From a virus: 64,000 bases of DNA. Below, piece after piece: positions 27,427 to 36,900 of this stretch. The stretch lies in IMG/VR virus record IMGVR_UViG_3300013113_000555, positions 6,851-70,850 of that record; one strand, written 5' to 3'. The notes beneath the pieces were generated by a model that saw only the letters and a program-made list of their open reading frames with translations, was not told the DNA's origin and searched no databases. A program made the translations under genes and the position numbers. How positions within the stretch are numbered: position 1 is the stretch's first letter; each line of letters begins with the position of its first letter.

Positions 27427-27866
27427 TAGGAATAATAGTTGAAGATATTGAAAGTACGCCATTTATGCACTCTATGTTTAGAGAATTAAATAAACTTTCA
27501 CAAGATTATGAGTGTTATGTTTTTGCAAATCAAGTAAAATCATTGCCCACGCATAATAAGTTTTGTATACTACAGCAGATAGAAGCCTTACAGCACCAAG
27601 GGATTTTAATATCAACATCCTTAACAACTTCACAAATACTTGCAAACTGTCTTACTTGCATAAATAAATACTATTATGTTTATGACCTTGAGTGGAGAAA
27701 CTTAAAAGCATTTAATGAAAAACAATTAACAAAAATATTTTTAAATGAAGAAATAAATCTATTGACAAGAAGCGAAAGCCATTATAAAGTTTTAAGCAAA
27801 AACTTTAAAGCACCAGCAGGAATAGTTCGTAATTGGAACCATAAGCAAATAGCTGAATATATTTAG
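27417..27866 (+). CDS. Single-domain glycosyltransferase-like protein
   Basis: ILISTSLTT...KYYYVYDLEW...TRSE pattern of a GT-B N-terminal domain. Confidence 0.45.
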   Translation: MPMIGIIVEDIESTPFMHSMFRELNKLSQDYECYVFANQVKSLPTHNKFCILQQIEALQHQGILISTSLTTSQILANCLTCINKYYYVYDLEWRNLKAFNEKQLTKIFLNEEINLLTRSESHYKVLSKNFKAPAGIVRNWNHKQIAEYI

Positions 27867-27875
27867 GAGATAAAA

Positions 27876-28670
27876 ATGAGTAAAAATAAATTTTTTAACG
27901 ATACTGGAGAAACCAGACTGGCTTATTACAATAAGCAGTATCACGAAAAAAAGAAAAGCTGGAAAGAGATAGCAGATATGTTAAACACTTATCCAAACAG
28001 AGTTCGTAGAGACGCTAAAAAATTAGGAGTAATATCTAGAAGCAAATCAGATGCTCAAAAGGCTGCTCTTTCAGAAGGTAGACGCGAACATCCAACAAAA
28101 GGAAAAAAACTTTCTGATGAAACAAAACTAAAGATTAGTGAAAGTCAAGGAAAAGTTTGGGACTCGCTAACAGATGAAGAAAAACTGTATCGCTCTCAGA
28201 TAGGCCGAGAGGCATGGAACAGCAAGACAGATGAGGAGAAGGACGAATTCTTTAGGAAAGCGACAGCAGGGGTGCAGGAGGCCGCTAGATCAGGCTCTAA
28301 AGTAGAGAAGTATCTGTCTGATTTCCTGATTGAGAAAGGTTACAGGGTTGACCGACACAAGGAGCATTTCTTAAAGAATGAAAAATTCCATATCGACCTT
28401 TATGTTAGAGATTGTATAACTGCTATCGAGATTGATGGGCCTAGTCATTTTGAACCGGTATTTGGAGAAGATAGATTACAAAGAAGACAAGCAGCAGATT
28501 CACAGAAAAATGGATTGGTTTTATCTTCTGGTATGGCTCTTATCAGAGTAAAATTATTAAAGAGAGATTCACAAAGGCAATTTAGGAAAGTTGCCATATC
28601 TGTGTTAGAAGTTCTTGAAAGCATAAAAAACAAATTTCCCGCTGAAAACGAAAGGTATTTTGAAATATGA
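27876..28670 (+). CDS. HTH + NUMOD3-like + DUF559/Vsr-like endonuclease (homing-endonuclease-like architecture)
   Basis: SWKEIADMLNTYPNRVRR (HTH); GKKLSDETKLKISES (NUMOD3-like); FHIDLY...AIEIDGPSH...D.QKN...IRV. Confidence 0.72.
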   Translation: MSKNKFFNDTGETRLAYYNKQYHEKKKSWKEIADMLNTYPNRVRRDAKKLGVISRSKSDAQKAALSEGRREHPTKGKKLSDETKLKISESQGKVWDSLTDEEKLYRSQIGREAWNSKTDEEKDEFFRKATAGVQEAARSGSKVEKYLSDFLIEKGYRVDRHKEHFLKNEKFHIDLYVRDCITAIEIDGPSHFEPVFGEDRLQRRQAADSQKNGLVLSSGMALIRVKLLKRDSQRQFRKVAISVLEVLESIKNKFPAENERYFEI

Positions 28671-29407
28671 AAGATATGATCGAGGAAGAAGTAAAAGAGG
28701 AAGTCAATGCTGTGTCAGAAATTGAACTGCCAAAACCAACCGATCCAAAATGGGTTGAGTACGTTCTAGATCAATTAGCTGACCATGAACTTGCTGGTGG
28801 AGCACCAACAACAGATGGATTAAGAAGGGTTTGTGAAAAAATCTATGGTGAAATTGTAGAGTCTGATACGCAGATTCTAGAAGTTCCTGCAAAAACTGGT
28901 CCGTTTAAAGCCAGTGCAAAGCATACATTGATTATTAGAAAATACGATCAAACTAGAGAATGGCAAGCACAAATGCAAGAAGTTCCTGTTGAAGTTAGAG
29001 TTAGTGCATGTGTAGATGTTCTAGGAGAAAAGCTACCACCACCATTCAATCAACATCTTGTTTCTACTGCATGTACTAGAGCAGAAGGAAAAGCGTTGCG
29101 TAGAGCATTGAAAATTAGAGTACAGACAGCAGAAGAACTTTCTAACAAAGAAGAAGATGAACTAAATACAAGCGAACCTATCAATGACCAACAAATTGTT
29201 GCAATTAAAACTTTATCTAAAAGAAACAATGTTGACTTGATTAAGTTCGTTAAGGCTAATGCGGATCAGCCTAAAAGTATCCGTGATGTTAATAACTTGG
29301 AAGGTCGCCTAATGATTAACAAGTTATCTACTTTTCAAAGGGAGGGAACTCCTGATGAACTCGTTGGTTATAACCCGAACTGGGAAGAAGAATTTGGAGT
29401 TAAATAA
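28667..29407 (+). CDS. Hypothetical protein, possibly a Rad52/Sak-like single-strand annealing protein
   Basis: ACTRAEGKALRRALKI resembles the A-x-T-R-A-x-G-R-A-L-R motif of Rad52-like SSAPs; this is inference only. Confidence 0.4.
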   Translation: MKDMIEEEVKEEVNAVSEIELPKPTDPKWVEYVLDQLADHELAGGAPTTDGLRRVCEKIYGEIVESDTQILEVPAKTGPFKASAKHTLIIRKYDQTREWQAQMQEVPVEVRVSACVDVLGEKLPPPFNQHLVSTACTRAEGKALRRALKIRVQTAEELSNKEEDELNTSEPINDQQIVAIKTLSKRNNVDLIKFVKANADQPKSIRDVNNLEGRLMINKLSTFQREGTPDELVGYNPNWEEEFGVK

Positions 29408-29793
29408 TGGCAATAACAGCAGTAGTAAAAGCTTCTAATAGTCTTGCTTTTGAAGTAACCGCTGATACTGAACCAGAACTGTTTAAACAGGTCGCTAGGG
29501 TTCAAGAGGTTTTTTCAGTCGGCAAATGCGGAAGGTGTGGTTGTCCTGAAACTAAGTTTGTAGTCAGGACCGCTGCAAAGAAAAGCAAGTGGCTGGAAGT
29601 GGTTTGTCAAGACATTAATTGTAAGGCAAAGCTAGTATACAGCACCACAGAGGATAATAACTTTGTTTATCCTAAAACAAGATGGGATCATCTTTCGGAT
29701 GCTCAAAAAGAACAGCGTGCAGACGAGCAAGAATATGCAGAAAAGCATAATGGCTTCCTGCCTAATAATGGCTTCTTCAAATATAAGAAGTAG
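29407..29793 (+). CDS. Hypothetical Zn-binding protein
   Basis: CGRCGC...VVCQDINC; last gene of the + arm. Confidence 0.7.
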   Translation: MAITAVVKASNSLAFEVTADTEPELFKQVARVQEVFSVGKCGRCGCPETKFVVRTAAKKSKWLEVVCQDINCKAKLVYSTTEDNNFVYPKTRWDHLSDAQKEQRADEQEYAEKHNGFLPNNGFFKYKK

Positions 29794-29799
29794 CCTATT

Positions 29800-29904
29800 T
29801 AACGGAACTGGTATCTATTAAACATCTGTGACGGCAGATGAATATAGATTGGTGGCCCCATAGTTGCAAATATGGGGCGTTGGTTCAAATCCGACTTCCG
29901 TTAC
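29800..29904 (+). ncRNA. Non-canonical tRNA-like RNA
   Basis: T-arm GTTGG-TTCAAAT-CCGAC (29879-29895) stacked on an 8-bp acceptor-like stem (29800-29807/29896-29903). 8-bp arm with loop GTTGCAAA (29855-29878). Extended hairpin 29813-29849. No encoded CCA. Confidence 0.55.
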
Positions 29905-29907
29905 TTT

Positions 29908-30660
29908 TTACACCAAGTCTAATCCAGAAGGATTCAAATAACCCCCCTGATAAACACCCGGTTGTTCAGGATAGCTATTTTGAATTTCCTGTACTTTTTG
30001 AGTTACTAAAACATAGTTTGTATCTGTAGGACTATCTACAAAATTTGGATCATTAAACCAATCCACAAATGGTGGACCGGCTATGCAAATTATAGTATTG
30101 GTTTGGCAACCCCTGCAAGGATCATTTGAATTATTGGGGGCTAAAGGCAACGGTGTAGGATCATCACTGCAATTTATTTCAGTTTGAACATGATAGCAAA
30201 TCTCAGGCCATCCGTCATCTGCATTTGGTTCAAACGGATCAAATAGTGTTTCAACCCCTGTTACAATATAGGTAATATCTGCACAAAAAAGTTTAGTATT
30301 GGGACCACCATTAACGATTGTTAATGGAATCCCAGTAACAATAGGCAATTCTTGGTCAATAAGAGTAGGGTTGGGAGGAATCCCAGGAAATCCGTCATAT
30401 GAGGGTATAGTAACCTTAACATTGGCTGTACAATCTTCTATTGCGAGTCCGGGTGGGAAACCTGACGGAGTAGGTTCCGAACTACAATCATAAGCTACGC
30501 CGCAAGCTTTAAAGCGAAAAAAATCAATATAGGAAAAATCTTGAGTCTCACTAAATTCATCGCCTCTAAATCTAAGAAAATTAACTCTGTTTATTTGACA
30601 TTCATCAAAACAAACTTTACCACCCACAGCAGTACATCTACAATTGCATTCATTAGCCAT
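29908..30660 (-). CDS. Cys-rich hypothetical protein downstream of the giant tail protein
   Basis: MANECNCRC...; multiple Cys and Pro-rich loops. Confidence 0.7.
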   Translation of the reverse strand: MANECNCRCTAVGGKVCFDECQINRVNFLRFRGDEFSETQDFSYIDFFRFKACGVAYDCSSEPTPSGFPPGLAIEDCTANVKVTIPSYDGFPGIPPNPTLIDQELPIVTGIPLTIVNGGPNTKLFCADITYIVTGVETLFDPFEPNADDGWPEICYHVQTEINCSDDPTPLPLAPNNSNDPCRGCQTNTIICIAGPPFVDWFNDPNFVDSPTDTNYVLVTQKVQEIQNSYPEQPGVYQGGYLNPSGLDLV

Positions 30661-30672
30661 AATAAAACCTTT

Positions 30673-30966
30673 TTATTCGTATTTAGAAATATCTACAGTA
30701 CCTTGACCATGCTTCTTACTGTTTTTCCTATAAGGAAAAATCTTGTTTAAATACTGCTTACGCTTTTGACAACCACAACCCTTTAAACCAAAAGACTTCT
30801 TTATAAACTCTTCGGTTATTCCAAACTTAGTAAATACCTTTTCTAGAGTATCTCCTAAACCCTGTGGGTCTTTTTTAGCATGGTTGCTTAAATTTATATC
30901 TTCTTCTTTTTCTAAATGAGATACAACCTCATCTAATTTTTTTATTTCTTCTTTATTTAAAGTCAT
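30673..30966 (-). CDS. Small phage protein with GLGDT...CGCxxRxxxLN motif
   Basis: Start moved to 30966 (AGGAG RBS at 30974-30978 on the - strand); GLGDTLEK...GCGCQKRKQYLNKIFPY. Confidence 0.75.
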   Translation of the reverse strand: MTLNKEEIKKLDEVVSHLEKEEDINLSNHAKKDPQGLGDTLEKVFTKFGITEEFIKKSFGLKGCGCQKRKQYLNKIFPYRKNSKKHGQGTVDISKYE

Positions 30967-30980
30967 TATTAATCTCCTAT

Positions 30981-33900
30981 TTATTCTGGATTTTGGCAAG
31001 TACTGTTACAATCCGTACCATTTATCCATTGGGCGGGAATATCTTTAAGCCAATATTTTCCATTACAAGAAGCAGTGCCAGCAATTGTTGCAGTCAAGCA
31101 CGAAGTAACATAGCCACCATCACTCACACAACCAGTTACAATAGTACCCTGCCAACAATTAGTACCACCGTTCGTTTCACTTAATTTAATTATTGTTGAT
31201 TGAGTCCAATCAGCACCATCAAACTGAGCACTAGGAGTAGCTGCCGATTGTGTTAATTCAAAATCGCAATCATAATTCCAATCGAACTGCTGTATAACAA
31301 GAACGTCTTGATCGTCACAAGTCTTACCATTTAGTATATGATTACTATAAAAGATCGTTGTACAATCACCATTTAAACCACCTTGTTCACCACTACAACC
31401 TGCTGTAATACCAACACCAGGTCCAGCTACTATTTGATTCCAAGCTTTGGGTGGTCTTCTCTCTTCAAATGGGCCATTTCCAGCGTTCCAAGTACCATCA
31501 GTACAGTCTATAATTGAACAAGTTGTATCTGGGTATGGTGCATCTGCCGATTTGGTAATAGATTGACCAACAAGATTAGTACTACAAAGCGATAAAGGTT
31601 GAGAAAAAGTTATAGCATTACAGCCAGCAGAATTATCTATTTCAGCAAAAATGCCATAACCTGCACCAACAGCAGTAACTAATGATGTAACAGGCGTACT
31701 ACCATCAAAAGCTTCGCATGAGCCGCCATTTGCATATCCCGCCATACCAGCTTTTATAGTGGCAACACAACCATCAACTTCTGCTAAAATACCTTCTCCA
31801 AAATCTAAAACCTTGAATGGAGTTTCAGCAAAAGTGCTGTTTCCATCAACATTAAAATAGCAACTGGCTTCTTCCGTTTTCTTAATATTCTGCTTATGAG
31901 TTAATGTTAATCCACAATCACTTACATTAGCACCAAAACCAGAAATACTTATTGTTTCAAAAGCCGTGGGGTCTGCTATTGTGTCATAACAGGTTGAAGT
32001 GTCTGCTGGCTGTTGTATTGTTAAAGTAGAATTAAGAATTGCCTTGCCGTCTCTTTCAGATAATTGCAATCCTGTTCCAACAGCAAGCAAGCAAGCATCA
32101 AACGGAGCAACTACATCTCTCATGCAGACTCCTATACCACTAAATATAGAAGGTATACCGCTAACTAGTAATCTGCAATCATTGGCTGGGTCTGCTTCAA
32201 CACTAAGATTTCCAACAAAGTTTAAACTAGTAAAATTAGTTCTATCTAATTGAACAGCATTAGTGTCACAAGGATATGCTTCTAATACAGGATAGGTTAA
32301 TCCACTAGCAGTTAAATTTAGGTCTATTCTTCCTACGGAAGCATCATTTGTAGCTATAAGTCCACTACCAATTGATATTTGTTGAATACTCTCTTTTAGG
32401 TATCCATCTCCGTCCTTTGGACATGTATTGATACCAGAGAAAATAAAGTCTAAACCGCTAACGTGTACATTACAACCGTCACCGCTTACAGAAAGACCAC
32501 CTTCAAATACTATATTCTCAAATACAGCAGCAGGGAAACCATCACCGGCTGCATTTATCACAGAATCAACAAGAACTTTATTGCTATCTTGCACAACCTG
32601 CAAGCCTGTTCCAAACTCAAAAGTATTAGCTTTGAACTCAGCAACAGCACTTCTTTCACAAGCGGCATCGCCTATTATGCTTATTCCTTCAATTCCACTA
32701 ATAAATAACTCACACTCGCTTCCTTCATGAACAGAAATACCACCTATAAAGTTAAGTGATTCAAACTGCTGTAAAGCAATAGCAGAACTACCCCCGTTTC
32801 TTTTGTCTGTGCCTTCTGCTTGAATATTACTTTCAATTAAAGCACTAGCACCATTATTGGTTATTTTAAGACCCGTGCCAATTCCTATACATTCATATGT
32901 GCTTTCAGCAACAGCAGAGCCACCGCAAGTATCAAGACCGCTAATGCAAACTGGAGCCGAATCAATATTGATTTGAACTTCACAATTACTTTTATTTACA
33001 GAAGAAAGACCACTTCCAAAAGTAAGTGTTTCAAATACTTGAGTAGTGAAGCTTCCTCCACCACGATCCGTTCCCTGTACTTTATGCACAGCATTTACTT
33101 GAGAATCACTGTTTAACTGTAAACCGGTTCCAAAACCTATTCCTCTAGATATTTGGAAAGGAACAGCCGCCCTACCGCAAGCTAAAAGCCCAGAAGTTAC
33201 CATCACTGGAACTCCACTAACTATAACTTGACAATTATCTCCTGAGTCTTCTTGGATAGAGAATGGGCTAAAATCGTCAGCATGAAACTTTAATTTAGTA
33301 AACCTTTTTTGAACAAGAGCACTACCACCACCACTCTTGTCAGTACCTACTGCAATAAGGTTTGTTCTTACAACACCGCTACAAGTACCACTTGTTAATT
33401 CTAGACCAGAACCAAAAACTAATCCAGTAACACTTGCCGCCGCTGTAGTTGTTCCACAACCATTGTCAGTATCGCCTGCGACATAAAAAACTGATTCAAT
33501 CTTTGCTGATTCTGGTTCAGTACCATCGGTTACAAAGAGACCTTTTCCAAATTCAAGGTTTTCTTTTAATGCTGAATAATATGCATTACCAGCTTGACCG
33601 CAGCTTGTTATACCACTAACCAATATTCTAGCAGGTCCACCACTAACAGTGATTTCACACCCGTCAGTATTTACATAAATTGGAGTCCTAGTAGGGGTAT
33701 CTGATAAAAAGTTAAAACTTGTAACAGGCTGGTCGGTTATAGTAACAAGAGTTGAGTCTTTACCGCTAACTTTCAACGTTGAATTAACAACACCAGAACA
33801 ACCATTGTCTACAAGTTCTAAACCAGTACCAAATATAAGCCTTTTAGCATCAAAGGGGGCAACTACAGTACCACAGCCAGAACCAGAATCATCAACACCC

Positions 33901-36900
33901 GCTAACTGCACAGTTTTAAGACCGCTTACAATTAAAGAGCAGTCAGAAACATTTTCAGAAAGGGCAATATCTCTAAATTCTATTCCTGTAACAGTATTTG
34001 ATTCAAGACCAGCACCCTTAGTACAAGAATCAGTATACTCATTACCCTTAAACCATAAATCAAGGCGTACCTCGTTAGTATTTTCAGCTTTTAATCCTCT
34101 GCCAATTTTTAAAGTTGATATGGTTTCTTTAAGATAATTAGAATTATTGCATGATGCTATTCCAGATAGCGTTAAATTTGTTTGTATTCCAGTAACAGTG
34201 ATTTCGCAAGTACCATTGCTTTCTATTCCAAGGTTTTCTCCAAAATTTATTTTAGTAAACCTTTGAGTAACAGCAGTTGGAGTACCACCTCTTCTATCAA
34301 AACCATCTGCAATAAGCTTTACATCTACTCTTGGTCCATCATCACAAGCATCAACACCAGCAGTTAGTTGTAACCCAGTGCCAAACCTAATTTTACTTAT
34401 ATCGGATTCAGCAAAAGCACTAATGCTAGGACACTCTGCCAAGCCTTGCACCTTAATAGAAGGTTGAACTCCACTAATATGTATATTGCAACCATTAGTA
34501 CTTCCAGTTACAGAAAGATTACCTTCAAAAATTAGATTTTCAAATCTTCTTTCTATGCTAGTAACAGTGGGTTGCCAACCACAGCTAGTGGGAGGACTTG
34601 AAATTCTTCCCCATTGAAGCCCCTGTGCTTTAATATCAACTTCAACAATACCACTACAATTGGAATCTGTTATCATACTGGCTTTTAATCCACTACCAAA
34701 GATCAAGCCTTTTGAATTATAAGTTTCAATTACTGTAGAACCGCAGGTTCCGCTTTCTATAAATCTAAACGGTTGCTCCACCCCACTAAGATATACTTCA
34801 CAACCTACACCAGTAATAAGACTGATAAAACCAGCGGTTGCTATGGAATCAAAATTAGTTTGTACGTTGTAACCTGTTTGTGACCAATAACACTGATAAT
34901 CGTCATCGCCACCGCTACCCCCATCTCTAGTCCATTTTTCTCCAGTTATAGGAATATTATTTTGAAAACCACTAACAAAAATATCACAAGGATTAAGACC
35001 AGTACTTACAGAAATATTACCAGTAAAAGCTATTTTTTCCCAAGCTGTAGTCTCAGTCTTAGCACCATCTACACGATCACCACACGGATCAAGTGGATTT
35101 GTTACAAGATCATAACCACTAATCGTAAGATTATGATTGATAAGCATGGCACATTTACCATCTACTTCTTTCTCCACAACATCTAAACCAGTACCAAATA
35201 TAAAAGTATCTGCGTTATAAGTACCTAGTCCTACACCGCCGCAAGTACCAGTATCAATAATAATGTTTGGCTGATGGAAACCACTAACAATAACTTCACA
35301 ATTACTACCAAAACTTGTAGAAAGTTCACCAGTAAATATTATTTTATCTAATATCCCCCCATTACCAAGAGGAGCACTTGCTACATAAGCATTGCAATCA
35401 TTATAATCAATAGACCAAGTTTGACCACTAACTACAATATTATTAAAACCACTAACAATAGTTGTACATCCATTTACAGTATGAGAAAGATTACCGGTAA
35501 AAGCGATTCTTTCAAAAACATTTGAAGTTGGATCACCATCCGTTAGAGAACAATCTTCTCCATAGGTTCTAATCCAAGGTGCTCCAGAAGTTTGCAATAT
35601 TACATCTAAAATACCCGTACAACCGTGTTCTCCCTCTCCTTCATAGTGCCATTTAAGACCAGTTCTAGCAACTAAAATATCCCAATATGTATCAGGAACA
35701 CCCCCGTCAAGGAACTCGTTGTCTCTTCCACAAACACCAGAATTAATCATAGCAAGAGGCTGTTGAAAACCGCTTACATAAACATCACAATCATCTCCTG
35801 TAACAGAAATATTTCCTACAAAATTAAGGTTTTCAAATAAGGTATCAAATGATGGGTTTCCCTCCTTTTGCCAAGTGCAACCAATCACTTCGCTTCTAGT
35901 ATATACTGTGCCTAAAGCCTTTATATTACTGCGTAATTCAACTTCACAAGGAATAATAGCATCTCTGTCAACATATCTTAAACCAGTACCGATAATTAAA
36001 GAAGAGAACACAGTATTTTGTTCGGCATCACCGCAAACCCCAGAATTAGTTATAGATATTGGTTGTTGAAAACCACTAACTATAACGGCACAGTCGTTAT
36101 CAATATCTACTGTTGTAGAAAGATTACCTGCAAATCCTAGTTTAGTAAATCTTTTTTCGACAGTGCCTTCAACGTTAGTAAAAGAACACCCGTCTTGAAT
36201 ATATTCTGTACCACTAGCAATAAGATTTGTGTCAACTCTTAGATTAGTAACATTATAACCAGTTATAAAAAGACCAGAACCAAAAGCTAAACATCCATTT
36301 ACACTTTGTTTTAAATAACCACCAAAGTCTTCTGGGCAAGTATTTAAACCACTGACACAAAGAAAAACAGCATCACCACTACCACTAGGTTTTACTAACA
36401 ATGAATTTTGACAATCTTCAATAGTCTCTATAACCTCAAAACCGCTAAAAACTATTGATTTTGTATCATAGATAGTATTCTTTTGGGATTCTGGGTCGCC
36501 AAAAGCTATATATGCCGCATCAAATCTATTTATAGGAAACACATAGTTTTTACAATCGTTATCATCATAATAAACAGGAACCTTACCTATGCCCGTAGGA
36601 TTAGAAATACCCCAAGGCCAAGTAATAGATATTTGATCTGAAACAGCGTTTCCATCAGCATCATAAGTTTCAGCTAAATTTGTCGCCGTTGCTACAGCAC
36701 TAACACTACCAGTACCAAGACAGCCCGTTATATTTACATGAACTGGTCGAGGCTGTTGAGCAACAGTCCACACTCCTCTTTTTCTATCTAATCTTAAATC
36801 TAAAGGTGCTACAGGCCAAGTCTCAGGTTGTTGAAGAAAGCCATCTAAAAACTTATCTGTCAAGCCTTGCGACTCATATTGACCATTGCCTGTTATATTA

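Noticed and set aside
29800-29904. Canonical tRNA-Cys, tRNA-Ala, tRNA-Sec or tmRNA
   Set aside because: 8-nt loop, no variable region, abnormal D region, no TCA anticodon and no tag reading frame. Kept only as tRNA-like.
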